A stretch of 61,811 nt of DNA, filler included, from 12 parts of 12 records of this genome joined end to end with filler, not necessarily neighbours in it; one strand, 5' to 3'; counted from the whole stretch's first letter, positions 1-12,800 are shown. The notes: generated by a model not told the origin, from the letters alone. Made by a program: numbers and translations.

Positions 1-1300
1 GGGGGGGGGGGGGGGGGGGGGGGGGGCTCGTAGCTGGCTCGTAGCTGGCTCGTATGTCCAGCGGTTTTCGCAGTAGGGGCTATGGGTGTGTGGCGCCGGG
101 CATAACGCCCTTATACCCGGCGTCAACGATAATTGTGGCATTGACGGAAGCGTGGAGCGCACATTTTTCCATGTGGTAATTTGTGGTGCCTCGGCATGCC
201 CTTCGCACCATACCCCGTACGCTATATCGTCACCCGGTGCGCCCATAGGCTGACCTAGGTTCGAGTCCCGCTTAACAATTGTGTCGTGGTTCACATTCAT
301 CGTTTCATCACGACGTATAAGTCTGGACTCACAGTCAGCGTGGAGATTATTGGTCCGGCGATAAAAAGTCTGAGTGAGCTCTGCTGCAAACGTACAGGAC
401 ACCAATGGCATCTTGGCGCCCCCGCAGTTCCAAACATGTATCGGCCGGTACCATCTGACGGAAAAATTCCCGACGATATGTCAGCGGAAGGCAAATGTAC
501 GATAAGTAAGTTGATTCAAAACTGAGAGACTCTCCGGCAACAGGATGAACCCAGCCGTACGGTATTTTGCAACAGGACGAAAGAAGGCTGGGCAAACGCG
601 CAATCGCACGACCTGAAGGTGAAGCACCGGAGTTTATTGAAAATCATTTTCAGTCGTTGGCGGCCAGCAATTGCCGGGCCACCACCGATTGCCACAACTC
701 AATTCACGGCCGAGTCACGGGAACACCCCTGATTCCAGGAGTATAGTAAGGATCCTAATGCGCGAAACAAATCAGATGGTCACAGGGCGTCACAGAGGCC
801 GGACTGGCCGTGTTACAATCTCGTATACAATTGATATTCAATATCCATTTTTCACTATGGCTAATATGAGCTTGTAATGTGGAATTTGCCACGGTACAAT
901 TTCTCAGTGAGTTCTCCGTACGCCAAACGAATCAAACGTACACTGTGGTGGTGGTGGCGGTGGTGGCGATGCACTTCAACGAGTGGTGAGCGCCTGCCTG
1001 CCTGCCTGCCTGCCAGCCAGCCTGGCTTCCTCTGCATGTTGAGAGCAGCTCAGCTGTTCATTGGTGTGCACGCCGTGGCGCCGCCCTGGTCAATGGGAGT
1101 GGGTGCCCGGTGGGATTGTTGTGGTTCACCCAGTCAATTTCTCAGGGCGCCGGGACTGTCGAATGTGGGCGCTGTAGAGCGGACCTGGTCCTGCCGAGGG
1201 CTGCGGTGCATTCGTGTGCTGACTGTTGGGTGCTGTGTGCGAGGGCAGGGACGCGCCGTCGTATGACAGCGCGATTTCTCGCGGCCCACGCCGGGAGCCG

Positions 1301-3187
1301 ATGCCACTGCCGTCGTTCGAGCTGCCAGATGGTCAGAGCTACGCGCAGGTTGCCGACGCACTCCGGCGTGAGGCGCGCACGCGCTTGCGTTCGCAGATGG
1401 GCACGTCGAAGGACTCGATCTTCTTCGCCGAGCTGATGCCCGCATCGGATCCCCCTGCGCCTGAACCGGCACCGACGCCGGCCGAGCGATGGCGGACTGA
1501 GTACTCGAACAAGTTCCTCTCGCACAGCACTGAGGAGGTCGTCCTTCGCAATGTGCACCCGTACGGGGGCGTGACGTCCCTCGTGGGCACTGGCGAACAG
1601 CCCGAGGCCTCCCCGCCCGTTTCGGAGACGATCGAGCCTGGCGCACTAGATCCAGCGCCAGCTGCATACAACCAGGATGCGTACACCGGCGAGCCAGCAG
1701 CTGCCGTGACTTTTGCCGATGAGCAGCGTGCAGTGCCTTCCCAGCAGATCTCCGAGGAGTCACCCACAGGAGATGCGCAGCACGCACGAGCTGCCAGGGA
1801 GAAGCGGAACCAAATGCGTCAGAAGCAGATCAAGAAAAAGCTTCGCCGGGCGGACACCACGAGCCGCGATATGGCCGACACCGCGGTCGCCGCTGCTATG
1901 GACAACGGCGTAAGTCTATATCCGTGTCCGCTGAGCCGCCTGTATCCGATGCCTTCTGCATCTGTGACGTCGCTGCCGACTGACATCTCATGCTGTATCT
2001 GGCCCTGTACAGCGCACGCCGTTCCACTGCTACGGCCGTGGCGCCAGCACTCACGCACTGCCAGGAGGCGAGCTGCACCCGAGCATGTCTGTTCGTCAAG
2101 GCTGCGGTCGGGACCGCAAGACGCACAATGTCAAGGCGGCCACATTTGCCCAGTCGGCCGGTGGAAAGCCGGAGTATCAGCAGGTTTACAGCAGCGCATT
2201 GTACGGCCGCGACGCTGTGAAGGACTTCGATGACTACATTCGCAGGGATCACCGCACTGCGCTCAAGCGTGGAGAGGATCCGTTGACGAGAGTGGCGTGG
2301 CCCCCGCCGGCGGACGAGGATGAGGAAGAGGCGGAGCCACATAGCTTTCGTCAGTCTCAGCGGCAAAACAATCGACAGGCCCTGCACGCACTCGATTCAT
2401 GGGCGGACACGCACGATTTGGGAACGCAGAAATGGCTGCAACGGTGGCAGAAGCGTCAGCACGACGAGCTCGCAAAGCTGGAGCTCTGGGACCGCCTCGC
2501 AACGCCGGCAGCACACAACCAGCAGCCGAAGATCACACGCTGCACCGAGGAGATCTCATCCGCAGAGTCAAAAGCGCGCGCGGAGGCTCAGGCGTGGGCC
2601 GCTGCCACTGCTTCCGCCGCGGCTGCTGCTCAAGCTGCTGCGACTGCTCCACCGTTAGCCCCAGCACCAGCTCCAGAGCCGGCGCCGAGTCCAGCTCTTT
2701 CCAAGCCGCTGGAAAGCGGAGCCAAAGCTGTGATAAGTGGCGTCGCAAATGCAGAGGCGACTGCCAACGCCTGTGCACTTGCAGCGGGTATTTCGAGCCC
2801 GGCCGTGCGCGCGGCAGTGACGGGGCAGCGCGTCGCGCTGCTGGATAACATGTAAGCTCGCATTGCTTTTCACGCCTTTTTTGCTGAATTGTGCAGCTAC
2901 ATCACTGCCACGGAAACAATTGCGGATACAGGAGTCATACCACTAACTGTCGCGCTGTTGTTCGGCACAGCGGTGACGACGTTGTGCCGCTCAACAAGCT
3001 CTGGCTTGCGCTCAAATCGCTGCTCCTTCGCAGCGATCTCTCGTCCGAGGCGGTTCTCGCAGCAAAGCAAGCGGTGGCGCTCCGAGATGCAGAAGAGATG
3101 GTAGACACGGGCGAGTTTATCCTGGAGCTTATCGCCCTGCAGGAGGACCAGGGTGGCGGCGAGAGTGAAGTGGACGTGGAACCGTGA
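1301..3187 (+). CDS. Spliced protein with a CCSAP-like (centriole/cilia/spindle-associated) motif; start uncertain
   Basis: Exons 1301-1909, 2013-2851 and 2971-3187 join in frame via GTAAGT..AG and GTAAGC..CTAAC..CAG introns. RTPFHCYGRG...RKTHNVKA...QVYSSAL and WRTEYSNKF resemble the CCSAP motifs PFxxYGWG...KTHNV...ESAL and WxTEY. Upstream exons are possible. Confidence 0.5.
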
Positions 3188-3248
3188 TTCACACCACGCG
3201 GAAAGAGGGTAATAGAACACCTTGCGGAAATTTTCCGACAAGTCAATG

Positions 3249-4229
3249 TTACACAGCGTACTGGATCAGCAGCTCCTCCCCTCGGTCCAACCTCACACCG
3301 TCCTCGTTGATCTTGACGCTCAGAGTTCCACCAGAGCTCGAGGCAGCGCAACGCACCACATCTCCGTCGCTGCCTCTGCTTGCTCGCACCTTTGAAGCCG
3401 ATAGATTACGCAGATCGACCTGGCGCAGAGCAATTGTGCCGTGCGCTATCTGGAGTAGCACCGATCCAGTTACTTTTGCGCGGGCGTTTGTCTCTGCTGG
3501 CGGCCCCAAAACGGACATCGTGCCCCAGCAACTCTCGGTGACGAAGACCTCTGGGCCGCGACCCACAGCTGCTGCCGGAGCCACCGACCCACTCAACAGC
3601 GTCAGCTTCTGGGCTTCGCCGTCCCACTCCTGCGATTCCACCAGATGGAGCGCAAAAGCTAGTGGCGATGGCGATGGAGTAGTACTTCTGGCGCGAGCTA
3701 GTAACCACCCATGCAGGGCTTCACCTATCATCTCATCCGGCATCGGGGCGCTATCACCGGCTCTTTCGGGCGTAGCTGCCACGGGGTCAGCAGCCTGCAC
3801 GTTCTGGCTGCCTGCCAGTCTCTTTCCAATGGCCACATCAAGCTGAAGGTCGCCGTGCGAGTTCAGGTTCTCTAGCGCAGCTGCACCAGCCAGCGCCGCG
3901 ACCTCCTCGGACGGTGCATCCGCCGTGGTGCGTATCATTCGCTCGCCAGACGTTCCCTGGACATTAACCACAAGTGTAGCCGAGCCAGGTGCAGCTGCCG
4001 GTGCGGGCTGCTCGAGAGCTGGCGCAGGCAGAGACCCGAGCGCAACGTTCACGCGCATCACACCGTCTTGTGCTGCGCAGCGCAACGCTTCGCGCCACTC
4101 CATCTCGCTCCCAACTGTGATCACATCGCCTTCCTCATCAACGTAGGTCACGCACGGATTCTCCCACCGATTACACAGTTTTGCGAACGAAGCCTCGTTC
4201 CCAGCCTCGTCCCTCTCTAGAGCGATGTC
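3249..4229 (-). CDS. PB1-domain protein, 5'-truncated at the contig end
   Basis: TYVDEEGDVITVGSEMEWREAL matches the acidic OPCA motif of PB1 domains. The frame stays open to the contig edge. The C-terminal part is unrecognised. Confidence 0.7.
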   Translation of the reverse strand, partial: DIALERDEAGNEASFAKLCNRWENPCVTYVDEEGDVITVGSEMEWREALRCAAQDGVMRVNVALGSLPAPALEQPAPAAAPGSATLVVNVQGTSGERMIRTTADAPSEEVAALAGAAALENLNSHGDLQLDVAIGKRLAGSQNVQAADPVAATPERAGDSAPMPDEMIGEALHGWLLARARSTTPSPSPLAFALHLVESQEWDGEAQKLTLLSGSVAPAAAVGRGPEVFVTESCWGTMSVLGPPAETNARAKVTGSVLLQIAHGTIALRQVDLRNLSASKVRASRGSDGDVVRCAASSSGGTLSVKINEDGVRLDRGEELLIQYAV

Positions 4230-4231
4230 GA

Positions 4232-4331
4232 NNNNNNNNNNNNNNNNNNNNNNNNNNNNNNNNNNNNNNNNNNNNTTAATTAATTAANNNNNNNNNNNNN
4301 NNNNNNNNNNNNNNNNNNNNNNNNNNNNNNN
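4232..4331. other. Artificial contig-joining linker (N44-TTAATTAATTAA-N44), first of 11 identical copies
   Basis: The same 100-nt spacer with stops in all six frames occurs at 4232-4331, 8219-8318, 18375-18474, 21611-21710, 25754-25853, 32219-32318, 36790-36889, 42950-43049, 47999-48098, 52357-52456 and 55658-55757. Confidence 0.99.
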
Positions 4332-4563
4332 GTACCATACTAGTAGATGCGCGAGCTCGCTAGCCGCCGCCCCGGCGGCGCCGCCGGCGGCGCGGCCGTC
4401 GCGGGCGCGGCCCCATTCATTCATACCGACTGATGGCAGTTGGGAGTATGCAGTGTGCTTGAGTATGCGGCGACACGCGATGTATCGCAGCGCTGCGCCA
4501 GTAGATTAGCACGCGAGGGACGAAGGACGGCGATCGCGGCGTGCCCGTGCCGGACGGAGGCAC

Positions 4564-7166
4564 ATGGGGTTGCTGCTGTCTGGATGGCTCGTGCTGGGCA
4601 GCTTCTACGCTACCTCGCCTGCAGCAGCGATCGGTGATGCTGCAGGCGCGGTCACCTTCGTGCGCACTGCCGATGGCTACGGTGTCGTCCTGATGGCGTC
4701 ACCTGAGTGGAGACAGCTGCAGCCGCTGCAGATTGAGGTCGTGGCGGCTGACGGTAGCTCGCACTGGATACGCAAGGGCTACGACGTGGTGGAAGCTTCA
4801 GGGCATGGTCATGCCACTGGTGAGTTCACGACACCTGGCGGTGCCCGGCTGGTTGTTGTGGACCAGTTCGATCGCGCTGAGGAGAGCGGTGGGTTCACCT
4901 TCAACAGGACCGTCAGCGTGCTGGACGGTGGAGATGACGAGGTGGCATTCGGCTCCCGCTTCTCGCTGGGTCGCACGGTGTCTGCTCATGAGCTGTCTGT
5001 CTTTATCCCGGGCGTATGGTACGGAAATCGATCGCACGAGGCTACACCGCCGGGTGCCCTTGCAGGTGACGTCGACGCGGCTGCAATCCTTGTGCGCGAG
5101 GATCGACTGCCATTGCCGATGGTTGTTGCCTACGACCCACACAGCGTGGCACTGTGTCTGTCACACGAGCGCCCAAACGGCAGCACGTTCATGGGCGACG
5201 TTGGAACACAGCGGATTGTTGATAGCCGCATGCAGTTCGGCTCAATCGGTGTACTCCAGGGCCAGACTCCAAAAACAGAGCGAGAGTCGACGGTCGAAAT
5301 TGCGTTCCAGTACCCTGGATCGGAAGGCTCGCGCACTTACATAGGCCGCAGTGGAAACGAACAGAGCGATGGCTGGGCCAATCGCTCCCACCCGTTGCAC
5401 GTCGATGCCGGTCCGCATACCTACGTTCTACGATTTACAGTGCACGGCGCTGAGGTCAAAAGGACGACATTTGCACAGGTGATCCAATCGAGCTGGCGCA
5501 ATGCGTTCGATCATGCGAACCCACAGCCTCCTCGGGCCGATGCCGATAAGGCCTTTCAAGCTTCACTGGATCTATTGGATACCATCTCGCAGACCTATCA
5601 CGGCACCCCTTCCGTTCCGTTTGCGACCTCGGTGCGCATCCAGCTGAGTCGGTCTAAAGAGATTGATAGCGGTAATTACACGTCCTTCTGTGCTTATATG
5701 TGTGCTGTGGTGGGCCGAGTAGATTCCAAACGGGACAGTCCTAGACACTTCTTCACAGATGGGTTTCGTCGGCAAGGCCCTGCCGTCGGCGCACCTACTT
5801 CTGCGAGCAGGAATTGATACTGGTCGCCAAGCGTTGATCAGCAAAGCAATTGCACTAGTTGACGTGTGGGTGAGGAATGCGATGACGGCATCGGGAGTGC
5901 CCAAGACGTGGTTCAACACCTGCGCAGCGTCACAGGACCCTGCTGGTACGAACAACTCCGCTGCTCTGCTGCACCAGAGCGCATCTTTCGCCGTCTCGTT
6001 GCGGCTTCGTTCAGCTTAAACTTAGTGATCGGTAGGGTTTGATGGTGGACGTTGCCATCCGGATGAAGAGATCATCGGGACGCTGCAGTGGCGTCGAGAC
6101 TCGCCATACATGGGGCATTTGAGGATCATGTCCGAAGGCTGCCTCGGTGTCCTTCAGTCTTATGAACTGCTGTATACATTGCGCCCGCAGCCACACTGGC
6201 TGGCGTTCGTGGCTGCATACGGTGAGTTTCTGCTAGCAGCCCAGGCTGAGGATGGCTCGATCGCCGGCGAGTGGGGGTGGAGTGAGAGTCGCAGGCCAAC
6301 TGTGCTCGGAAACTTTACGAATGTATCGGATCATCCGATTCCCTTTCTGCTGGCTCTAGCAAACCTGACGAAGGACGGACGATATCACGATGCTGCTGTC
6401 AAGGCTGGTCGGTTCTCTGCAGAGCTCACGAAGGGGAGCTTTCTGTATCGCGGCGGAGCATGTGACAACCCTGATGTGCTGGATAAGGAGGCTGGTGCAT
6501 TGGCATTGCGCGCGTTCGTTTCCTTACACGAGGCAACTGGCGACGAGCAATGGTTAGCGAGTGCGCTCCAAGCTGCGACCTTTGTAGAGACTTGGACGTA
6601 TGCATGGTGCGGGACGATTGCATGCAGACCATGATTGTGTGTGCATGCACGCGCGTGCGTCAAACAGCCTTGATTATCTGTGATGCAACATGTTGCATGC
6701 AGGGAAATTCCATTATTTCAGCATGACCCGCTGTCCGTGTATCCACCTTCACGCACAACTCTAGGCGCCAGTCTGATCGCTTCTGGGCAAAGTGGCGCAG
6801 ATAATTTTGCTGCGTACTGTGTGTATGACTTCTACAAGCTGTACCGTCTCACAGGCGACCAGCACTGGCGCGACTACGCGCTGTTTCTGCAAGACGCTAC
6901 CAAGCAGGTGATGGACTTGGTATGTAAAACCTAGCTCTCTCCGTCCAGCCCGTGAACGTTGCTTTTAGCTTATGTCCTACGGGTCGCAGGATGGCACTCT
7001 TGGGTACGCTCATAGCGGGCTGATGAATGAAGCGATAGGATTGTCAATGCCGGGAAGGGGCAGGGGTGTGGCAAAGTATCTGCCGTGGCTCGGATGCGCA
7101 GTGCTGGAGCCTATGGTCCGATTGCGCGATGAGTACGGCTCATATGATCTCCGGAAGCTGCAATAA
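4564..7166 (+). CDS. Secreted glycoside-hydrolase-like protein (beta-sandwich plus alpha/alpha-barrel, six-hairpin type), 5 exons, ~751 aa
   Basis: Signal peptide MGLLLSGWLVLGSFYATSPAAA. Exons 4564-5631, 5723-5945, 6036-6606, 6703-6919 and 6990-7166 splice in frame. Helical-hairpin motifs include LANLTKDGRYHDAA, LHEATGDEQWLASA and LYRLTGDQHW, plus GGACDNPDVLDKEAG. Confidence 0.65.
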
Positions 7167-7965
7167 GCACGGAAGTCGTACGAGGCCTGAATTCTAATTT
7201 GCGGACTCGGCCGCCAGAATAGTGGTACATCGGGCAACGCAAGCTTCATTATTTTGTATGGGCGCGCAGCCAGATGAAAGGTCAGTTCATCTGGCGTTCG
7301 TGAACGCGGCCGAAAATGGATGCGGCCGAAAGGGAGAAGAGAAATGAGGATTTCCTTGCTGACTGTATCTTGGTATGATGCTAGTTGTAGCTGTGAGTAC
7401 AACTATACTATGGTATGGGTATTAGATCTAGTACAGAGTTGGCAAGGTTGTGTATGAGTTTGCCTACAACTCATGATCCTTTTGTGTGCCCTGGTCAAGC
7501 TACCGTAAATTTACCAAGGTTAATTTACGCTAGTTGCTCCTAGTGTGACCGGAACTTTGGTGAGCATTAGCCCTAGTGTGCACGGTTGGACGGCCGCGAA
7601 AAGTCCGTTCAGATATACTATCGGTCTGTCGGGCACGCACGTGGCCCTATAGCAGTCGTCCCAAGGACGAGCTTGTGGCGCGATCACGGCTCGGGCATTC
7701 CCACGCCATGCAAGCGCGCGTTTGCACGCACGGCGTGGAGTTTATGGAGTTTCTATCGACGAGCGCACGCGAGTATTGCTGAGGCGTTCTCCATGGACAG
7801 CAGCTCGGCATTGCCCAAGCCACGTAGGACAGGACACGGTTTCCAGAAGCCGCGAAGTCAGTTCCACAAACCCCTGTCCTACGAGGCAAGTTGTAGTCTC
7901 AACACGTGTACGCAAAATTGTGTCGAGCTGTAGTTGGTTTTGATTCGTGCCTGATCTGTGCTGAG

Positions 7966-8218
7966 TCACAGCCGAGAACCAAAGGCGCTTTGTACACGAC
8001 CGCCGAAGTGCTCAAGCCTCGTTTGCGCGTACTCGGCAGTGGGCACATCCTCCTCGCCGTCCCACTCGTCGAAGCTCTGCACTCGACCCGGCCAGGCGAC
8101 AGACTTCCAGCCAGCACCACTCCAGCTTTCGGTGGCCAACACCCATGTCTTGACTGCAGTATAAAGCTCACCGTCGAGGTGGTCGTGGGAGTCGCGCATC
8201 CACAAGGTCACTGCAGCG
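7966..8218 (-). CDS. Internal fragment of an unknown protein at the contig end
   Basis: Open frame from the contig edge with protein-like composition (DGELYTAVKTWVLATESW...FDEWDGEEDV). Downstream exons were not resolved. Confidence 0.3.
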
Positions 8219-8430
8219 NNNNNNNNNNNNNNNNNNNNNNNNNNNNNNNNNNNNNNNNNNNNTTAATTAATTAANNNNNNNNNNNNNNNNNNNNNNNNNN
8301 NNNNNNNNNNNNNNNNNNTTGCGGTCGTCGGGGTCGTGAGCCTCCCCTACGGTCTTGGGTCTGACCCGAACCGGCAAGGAACGCGGAGTGTCGCTCGAGA
8401 CTGAGCTACTCGACGCTGACTTTCCCGCAG

Positions 8431-8662
8431 ATCTGTGCAAGGAGATTCTAAAACAGGCAAGAGACTAGGTCTCGATGAAGTTGAGGAGGCACTACATCGC
8501 ACAAAGCGCTACATCTCACTGCGGACCAGCACTGCCTACTATGAGTATCATGGGAACAAGAAGAACCCAGAGTTCTTCCTTCCACACCCAGATGATCCCA
8601 GTGACAGGGTGGTGAACCCAGAGTACTTCCGTCCACACCCAGCTGAAACTGATTTTATATGA
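8431..8662 (+). CDS. Probable last exon of an unknown gene
   Basis: Preceded by a GCTGAC branch and TTTCCCGCAG acceptor ending at 8430. Encodes a duplicated NPE(F/Y)F(L/R)PHP peptide from 29-nt direct repeats at 8563-8591 and 8614-8642. Confidence 0.35.
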
Positions 8663-8962
8663 GAACTGGGTGTGGAACGACTGTGGTAACAGTTCTCAGC
8701 ACGGTGGATCTGTCAACGGCGCTGTGCTGTGGGCACTATTGAAAGACACGGAAACAGGTCCTGTGCTCTGGGCCAACGTTTTAAACTTTGATATGGAGAC
8801 TCTTGGATTTCTGCAAAATGTCAAAAACCCAGCAGTGTGGGTGTTGGTGGCCATCGGCTCTGGGTAGCTAGCGCGTAGCGGTAGCGTTTACGCCCACGCA
8901 GGAAGACCTTGCCGACCGCGCGGATCCCGCGCCCAGCCAGCCCAGCCAGCCCGGCCGTCACG

Positions 8963-9117
8963 TCCCCATTTCCCTTTGAAGGGTTTGGATTCTAGAGTCT
9001 ATTCACTGACCGGGAGTACGGGTATACGGTAGAGTAGTATGCTAGTATATACTAGTACTTCAGTTCAGTGAGTAGAGACTAGAGTCTAGAATCGAAACCC
9101 TCTGAAGGGAATTGGGA
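8963..9117. repeat. Imperfect palindromic (MITE-like) element
   Basis: The left arm TCCCCATTTCCCTTTGAAGGGTTTGGATTCTAGAGTCTA..TCACTGA pairs with the reverse complement of 9065-9117 around a GTA/TAC-rich spacer. Confidence 0.6.
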
Positions 9118-9813
9118 ACTGCAACTACAGTCAAATTTACAGTCATTTCGACTCGGAACTACACTAAAGCCGTACTTTAGATGATCACTCTATTGAATCC
9201 TGACTGGCATTCAGGACTTATTTGAGTCCACAGCCCTCGCAACCCTCGCGACCTCGAGGGAACAGATAGATACAAGTAGACCCACCCCTTTTTTTGTCAG
9301 TCTTTTAGGCCATTTTCCATTCTTTTAGACCCCCAGCAGCCCATTAGGGTATTTTGCAAACTGGTTGTCTAGAGTTAAGAGTACATGTATTCAAGATTTA
9401 TAACTGTCGAACCTGGGAATCACGTTGTCAATCCCCGCCGGTATCCCCGAGGAGCGAGGCCCGAACGAATACGAAGGCCGCCGCGCCGGCATCTCCGCGC
9501 GGCGCGGGGCGCCGTGGTGGCGCGTGGCTGCTACTTCCGGGTAGAGTAGTGCATCGATACTACGTACCGGTAGAAGCGTGCTTGGAAGACAGTGTAGACA
9601 CCTCTAGAGACACGTACAATCGTACATGTACTGCGCGGGCCTCGCCCACATGCTGCGATCGGCGGGACGTTCGTGCAACACGGCGGCGGACTCAACTCAC
9701 CTTAGCGTGCCTGCAGCACACCGCTGCTGTCAATGTCTTCCAAGAGTTCACTCCACTTCCGTCGCTGTCTACACTGTCTTCCAAGCCTGGCCATCTCCGG
9801 AGATTCCCACGCG

Positions 9814-12800
9814 ATGCCCAACTGCCAGGCTGCCGTCATCATGATGGCCGCGCTCCCGGGGCTAGCCCTCGGCCAACCAGTCACCAGGAATCCGGTGAGC
9901 CGATCCCTTCCACTTCAATTGTAGCAGTGGGACCAGCAGCACGACCGATATCGCTGATGCTAAGCCGCTTGGATACCACGCGCCGTTGTGCTGACGCGCG
10001 CCCCATCAGTACACGGGGGAGGCGATCAGCGGAATTGACTACACTGGAGGGCTCTTCACAGCGCCCAAGACCGATCATCCATCTCATGGCATGGCGCCTG
10101 TCACGGCAATTCGCGACCTCGGCGATGGCATCACGGACGGTCCGAAGAAGATGTGCTGGGGCCTGTGTGGTGGTGGGGCCAACTCTGGCATTGGGCCGTG
10201 CCGCAACCGCGACTGGGGAGAGGAACTGTGTGGTGGTCGCAGTGGGCCAGAGGAGTTCCTCGGCCGTACTTGGGTGGAGATGCTGACTGCCCAGGAGGTT
10301 CGTCTACCTTCCTGCCTTTCCACCTACTGTGATTTTGCAAAACAAGCTGACAGAGTGAGTAGCTGCGTGGCAACCAACAAACGCTCAGTGGTTGTATATG
10401 TTGCTGTGTTTACAGCTGGGCGACAGGCTCGCCTACATGGCGCCCGGCAACGGACCACTTGGTGGTGCCGCTATCCCCTGCCCGGCATCGAGCTGCCAGG
10501 CGTGGGGTATCCCGTGCGACGACTGCTTCGAGCCCCCTCAGATGGCGAAGGACAAATTGGCGCTGGCATCGGACTCGGACGTGCACGTATGCAATCGGAC
10601 TGGGTGGGAGTCGATGGATCCCACTCAGTCCCGCAGAGTTGGAGTCGTACCCATCGCTGCCACGCCACCGTCAAGCGACCCAGACGAGTACCCAAATGAT
10701 GTGGCCATCTGGCACAACCACGCCAAGCCCGGCCGCTCCGTCATCTTTGGCAGCGACCGCGGCAGGCACCAAAATCCTGGCCACATCTGGGCCTTTGGTT
10801 TGGACGGCCAGAAGCTCTACACCGTCAACGTGAGTCAGCCGTACCACGTGGACGTGGAGTATGGCTTGTCGCTCGGCGGTGTGCAGCGTGACATTGTGGT
10901 CTCGTGCGAGAGAGAGGAGCAGTACCTACGCGTGTGGAGTATAGAGTCTGACGGCACGCTCAGCCCCGTCGACGGTTGTGCGAGCGTGGATGGGGGCGAC
11001 TGCGGCCTGCCGATCTTCTCCGGGCAGGACTCTGATTCCTGCAACAATGTGCAGCTTTACAAGCGGCCAGACGGCGCAATTTTTGCCATCATCGGTCGTG
11101 ACCAGGCACGTGGGCAGTACCACTACGGCATCCGGGCGAAGGCTGGTCGCTATGACGGCGCGAGCTTCACACCTTTCGACTTCTCACAGTCCCCGTCCGA
11201 GCTGACGATAAGCTTGGATGGTGTACAGCGAGTACTCAACATCGACCAGGATATTCCAGACATGAACACGGCAGCGCAGGTTCTGCAGGACGCTGCCGAC
11301 GCTGTCATTCTCACAGCGTTCATCCGGTCCGCTGATATCCAGGGTACTGTCACCTTCGCAGCGAATGTGGACGGCTCGGGCGTGACGGTGACGGCCAACC
11401 TTCTGTACACCGACGAGAGCTGGCCTGTCACAACGACTGGACATCAGTGGCATATTCACGCTGGTAATCTCACTGGCGTCGACGAGACCCGCTGCAATTG
11501 CGACAACGACGATGACATCTCGCAGTGTGAGCAACCAGAGTGTCCTCAGTGCTATGCCTGTGGTGGGCATTACGACCCCACTGGGCTCGAGGTATCGACC
11601 CCTGATCAGGAGTATTCCTGTGACTCACAACATCCCGATGCGTGCTACGCTGGAGACCTCAGCGGAAAGTTCGGCACACTCAGCATTGCAGCCAACCCGG
11701 AAGAGGTGTCGCCACCGCCGATGGTCGATGATCTGGTCGGAGTCGATAGTTCTCTCAACCTGGGCCAACTGATTGGCCGCACTATCGTAATTCATCAAGC
11801 GAATGGCGGCACAGATCGAATCGCGTGCGGTACAATCCGCTCCGCGCTCGTGGTAGAGACGCGTGACGCAGATGTTGAGGAAGGGACTGGCGCTCATCTC
11901 AGGATCGCCTCTCAACTCGAGTCGGGCGATTCGATGGTGGACATCCCCGCATCTGCCAACTTCCAGAACAGGCATACACGCGCACTCTTTGGCGTTGGCA
12001 CAGTCACGCAGGGACAGGCAGCTGTGCAAAGCTACCGCGACGAGGTCCCCTCGATCGAGGGTTCCTACATTTGGCAGTACCAGCTGCAGGATTTTAATGG
12101 CGATGGCATCGTGGAGGCCACGAAAGTACGCCAATTTGGCACGACGCAAGCTCACGACATTGCTGTGGATGATGAGGCGGGGGTCATCTTCATCATCGGC
12201 TACACTTCGACTTTTCAGGTATGCATACGCGGGCATGGAATCAATCCTTGACTATGTTATCGTCCATGACATATCTCGGAGTCTGTCTCTTCGCATAGTG
12301 ACTACTCGACTCAGTCTTGCTGTTCCTTAGCCTGTTTCTCTGCACATGCCTTGTGCACGCCGGTCTTTTCAGGTGCCGGCCGATCCGGATGCCTATCTGA
12401 CCAGCGAAGAATCAATGCAGCACAGGGCCAAGTTTGGTGGAGAAGGAATCTTCGAGCGCTACCGATATGGCGGGTCTGTCTGGAACGCACGCGGAGAAGC
12501 GAAGCTTTCGACGGTTGACCCAGCAGGTTATGTTTTGATCGGCGACACCTACAACAACACCATCCAGGCCTTCTGCCGTAGCGACAACGACATCCCACCG
12601 CCCATCGCCGAGGCCTCCATTGACGGCAGCGATTTCTCTGGCAAGATCACTTTCACCGAAAGCCTTGACGGCGTGCAAGTGTACGCAAGTATCAAGTACG
12701 AAGGAAGTCACGATGAGCAAACGGTTGGTCACAAGTGGCATATCCACAGCAACGCAGCCGATTCCGACGACTGTGCAAGTGCCGGTGGACACTACGACCC

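Noticed and set aside
1-54. Poly-G run plus GGCTCGTAGCT tandem, and the poly-C run at 36764-36789
   Set aside because: Homopolymers at contig ends are typical assembly breakpoints or sequencing artefacts. They are not telomeric repeats.
258-268. GGTTCGAGTCC, resembling a tRNA T-loop / Pol III B-box
   Set aside because: The flanks do not form a T-stem or cloverleaf and there is no clear A-box, so no tRNA is called.
286-877. Small ORFs at the start of contig 1
   Set aside because: No recognisable motifs, alternative start codons and no convincing splice structure.
4276-4287. Recurring TTAATTAATTAA as a biological repeat or CRISPR-like array
   Set aside because: It is always centred in N runs and is a synthetic six-frame stop linker. 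No CRISPR array was seen anywhere.
7504-7529. Short hairpin CGTAAATT..AATTTACG as a terminator
   Set aside because: The context is eukaryotic, the stem is only 8 bp of AT-rich sequence and there is no U-tract.
9354-10286. 310-aa ORF upstream of the propeller-SOD gene
   Set aside because: It is Arg/Pro/Ser-rich with no motif and overlaps the promoter and exons 1-2 of the spliced gene in another frame.
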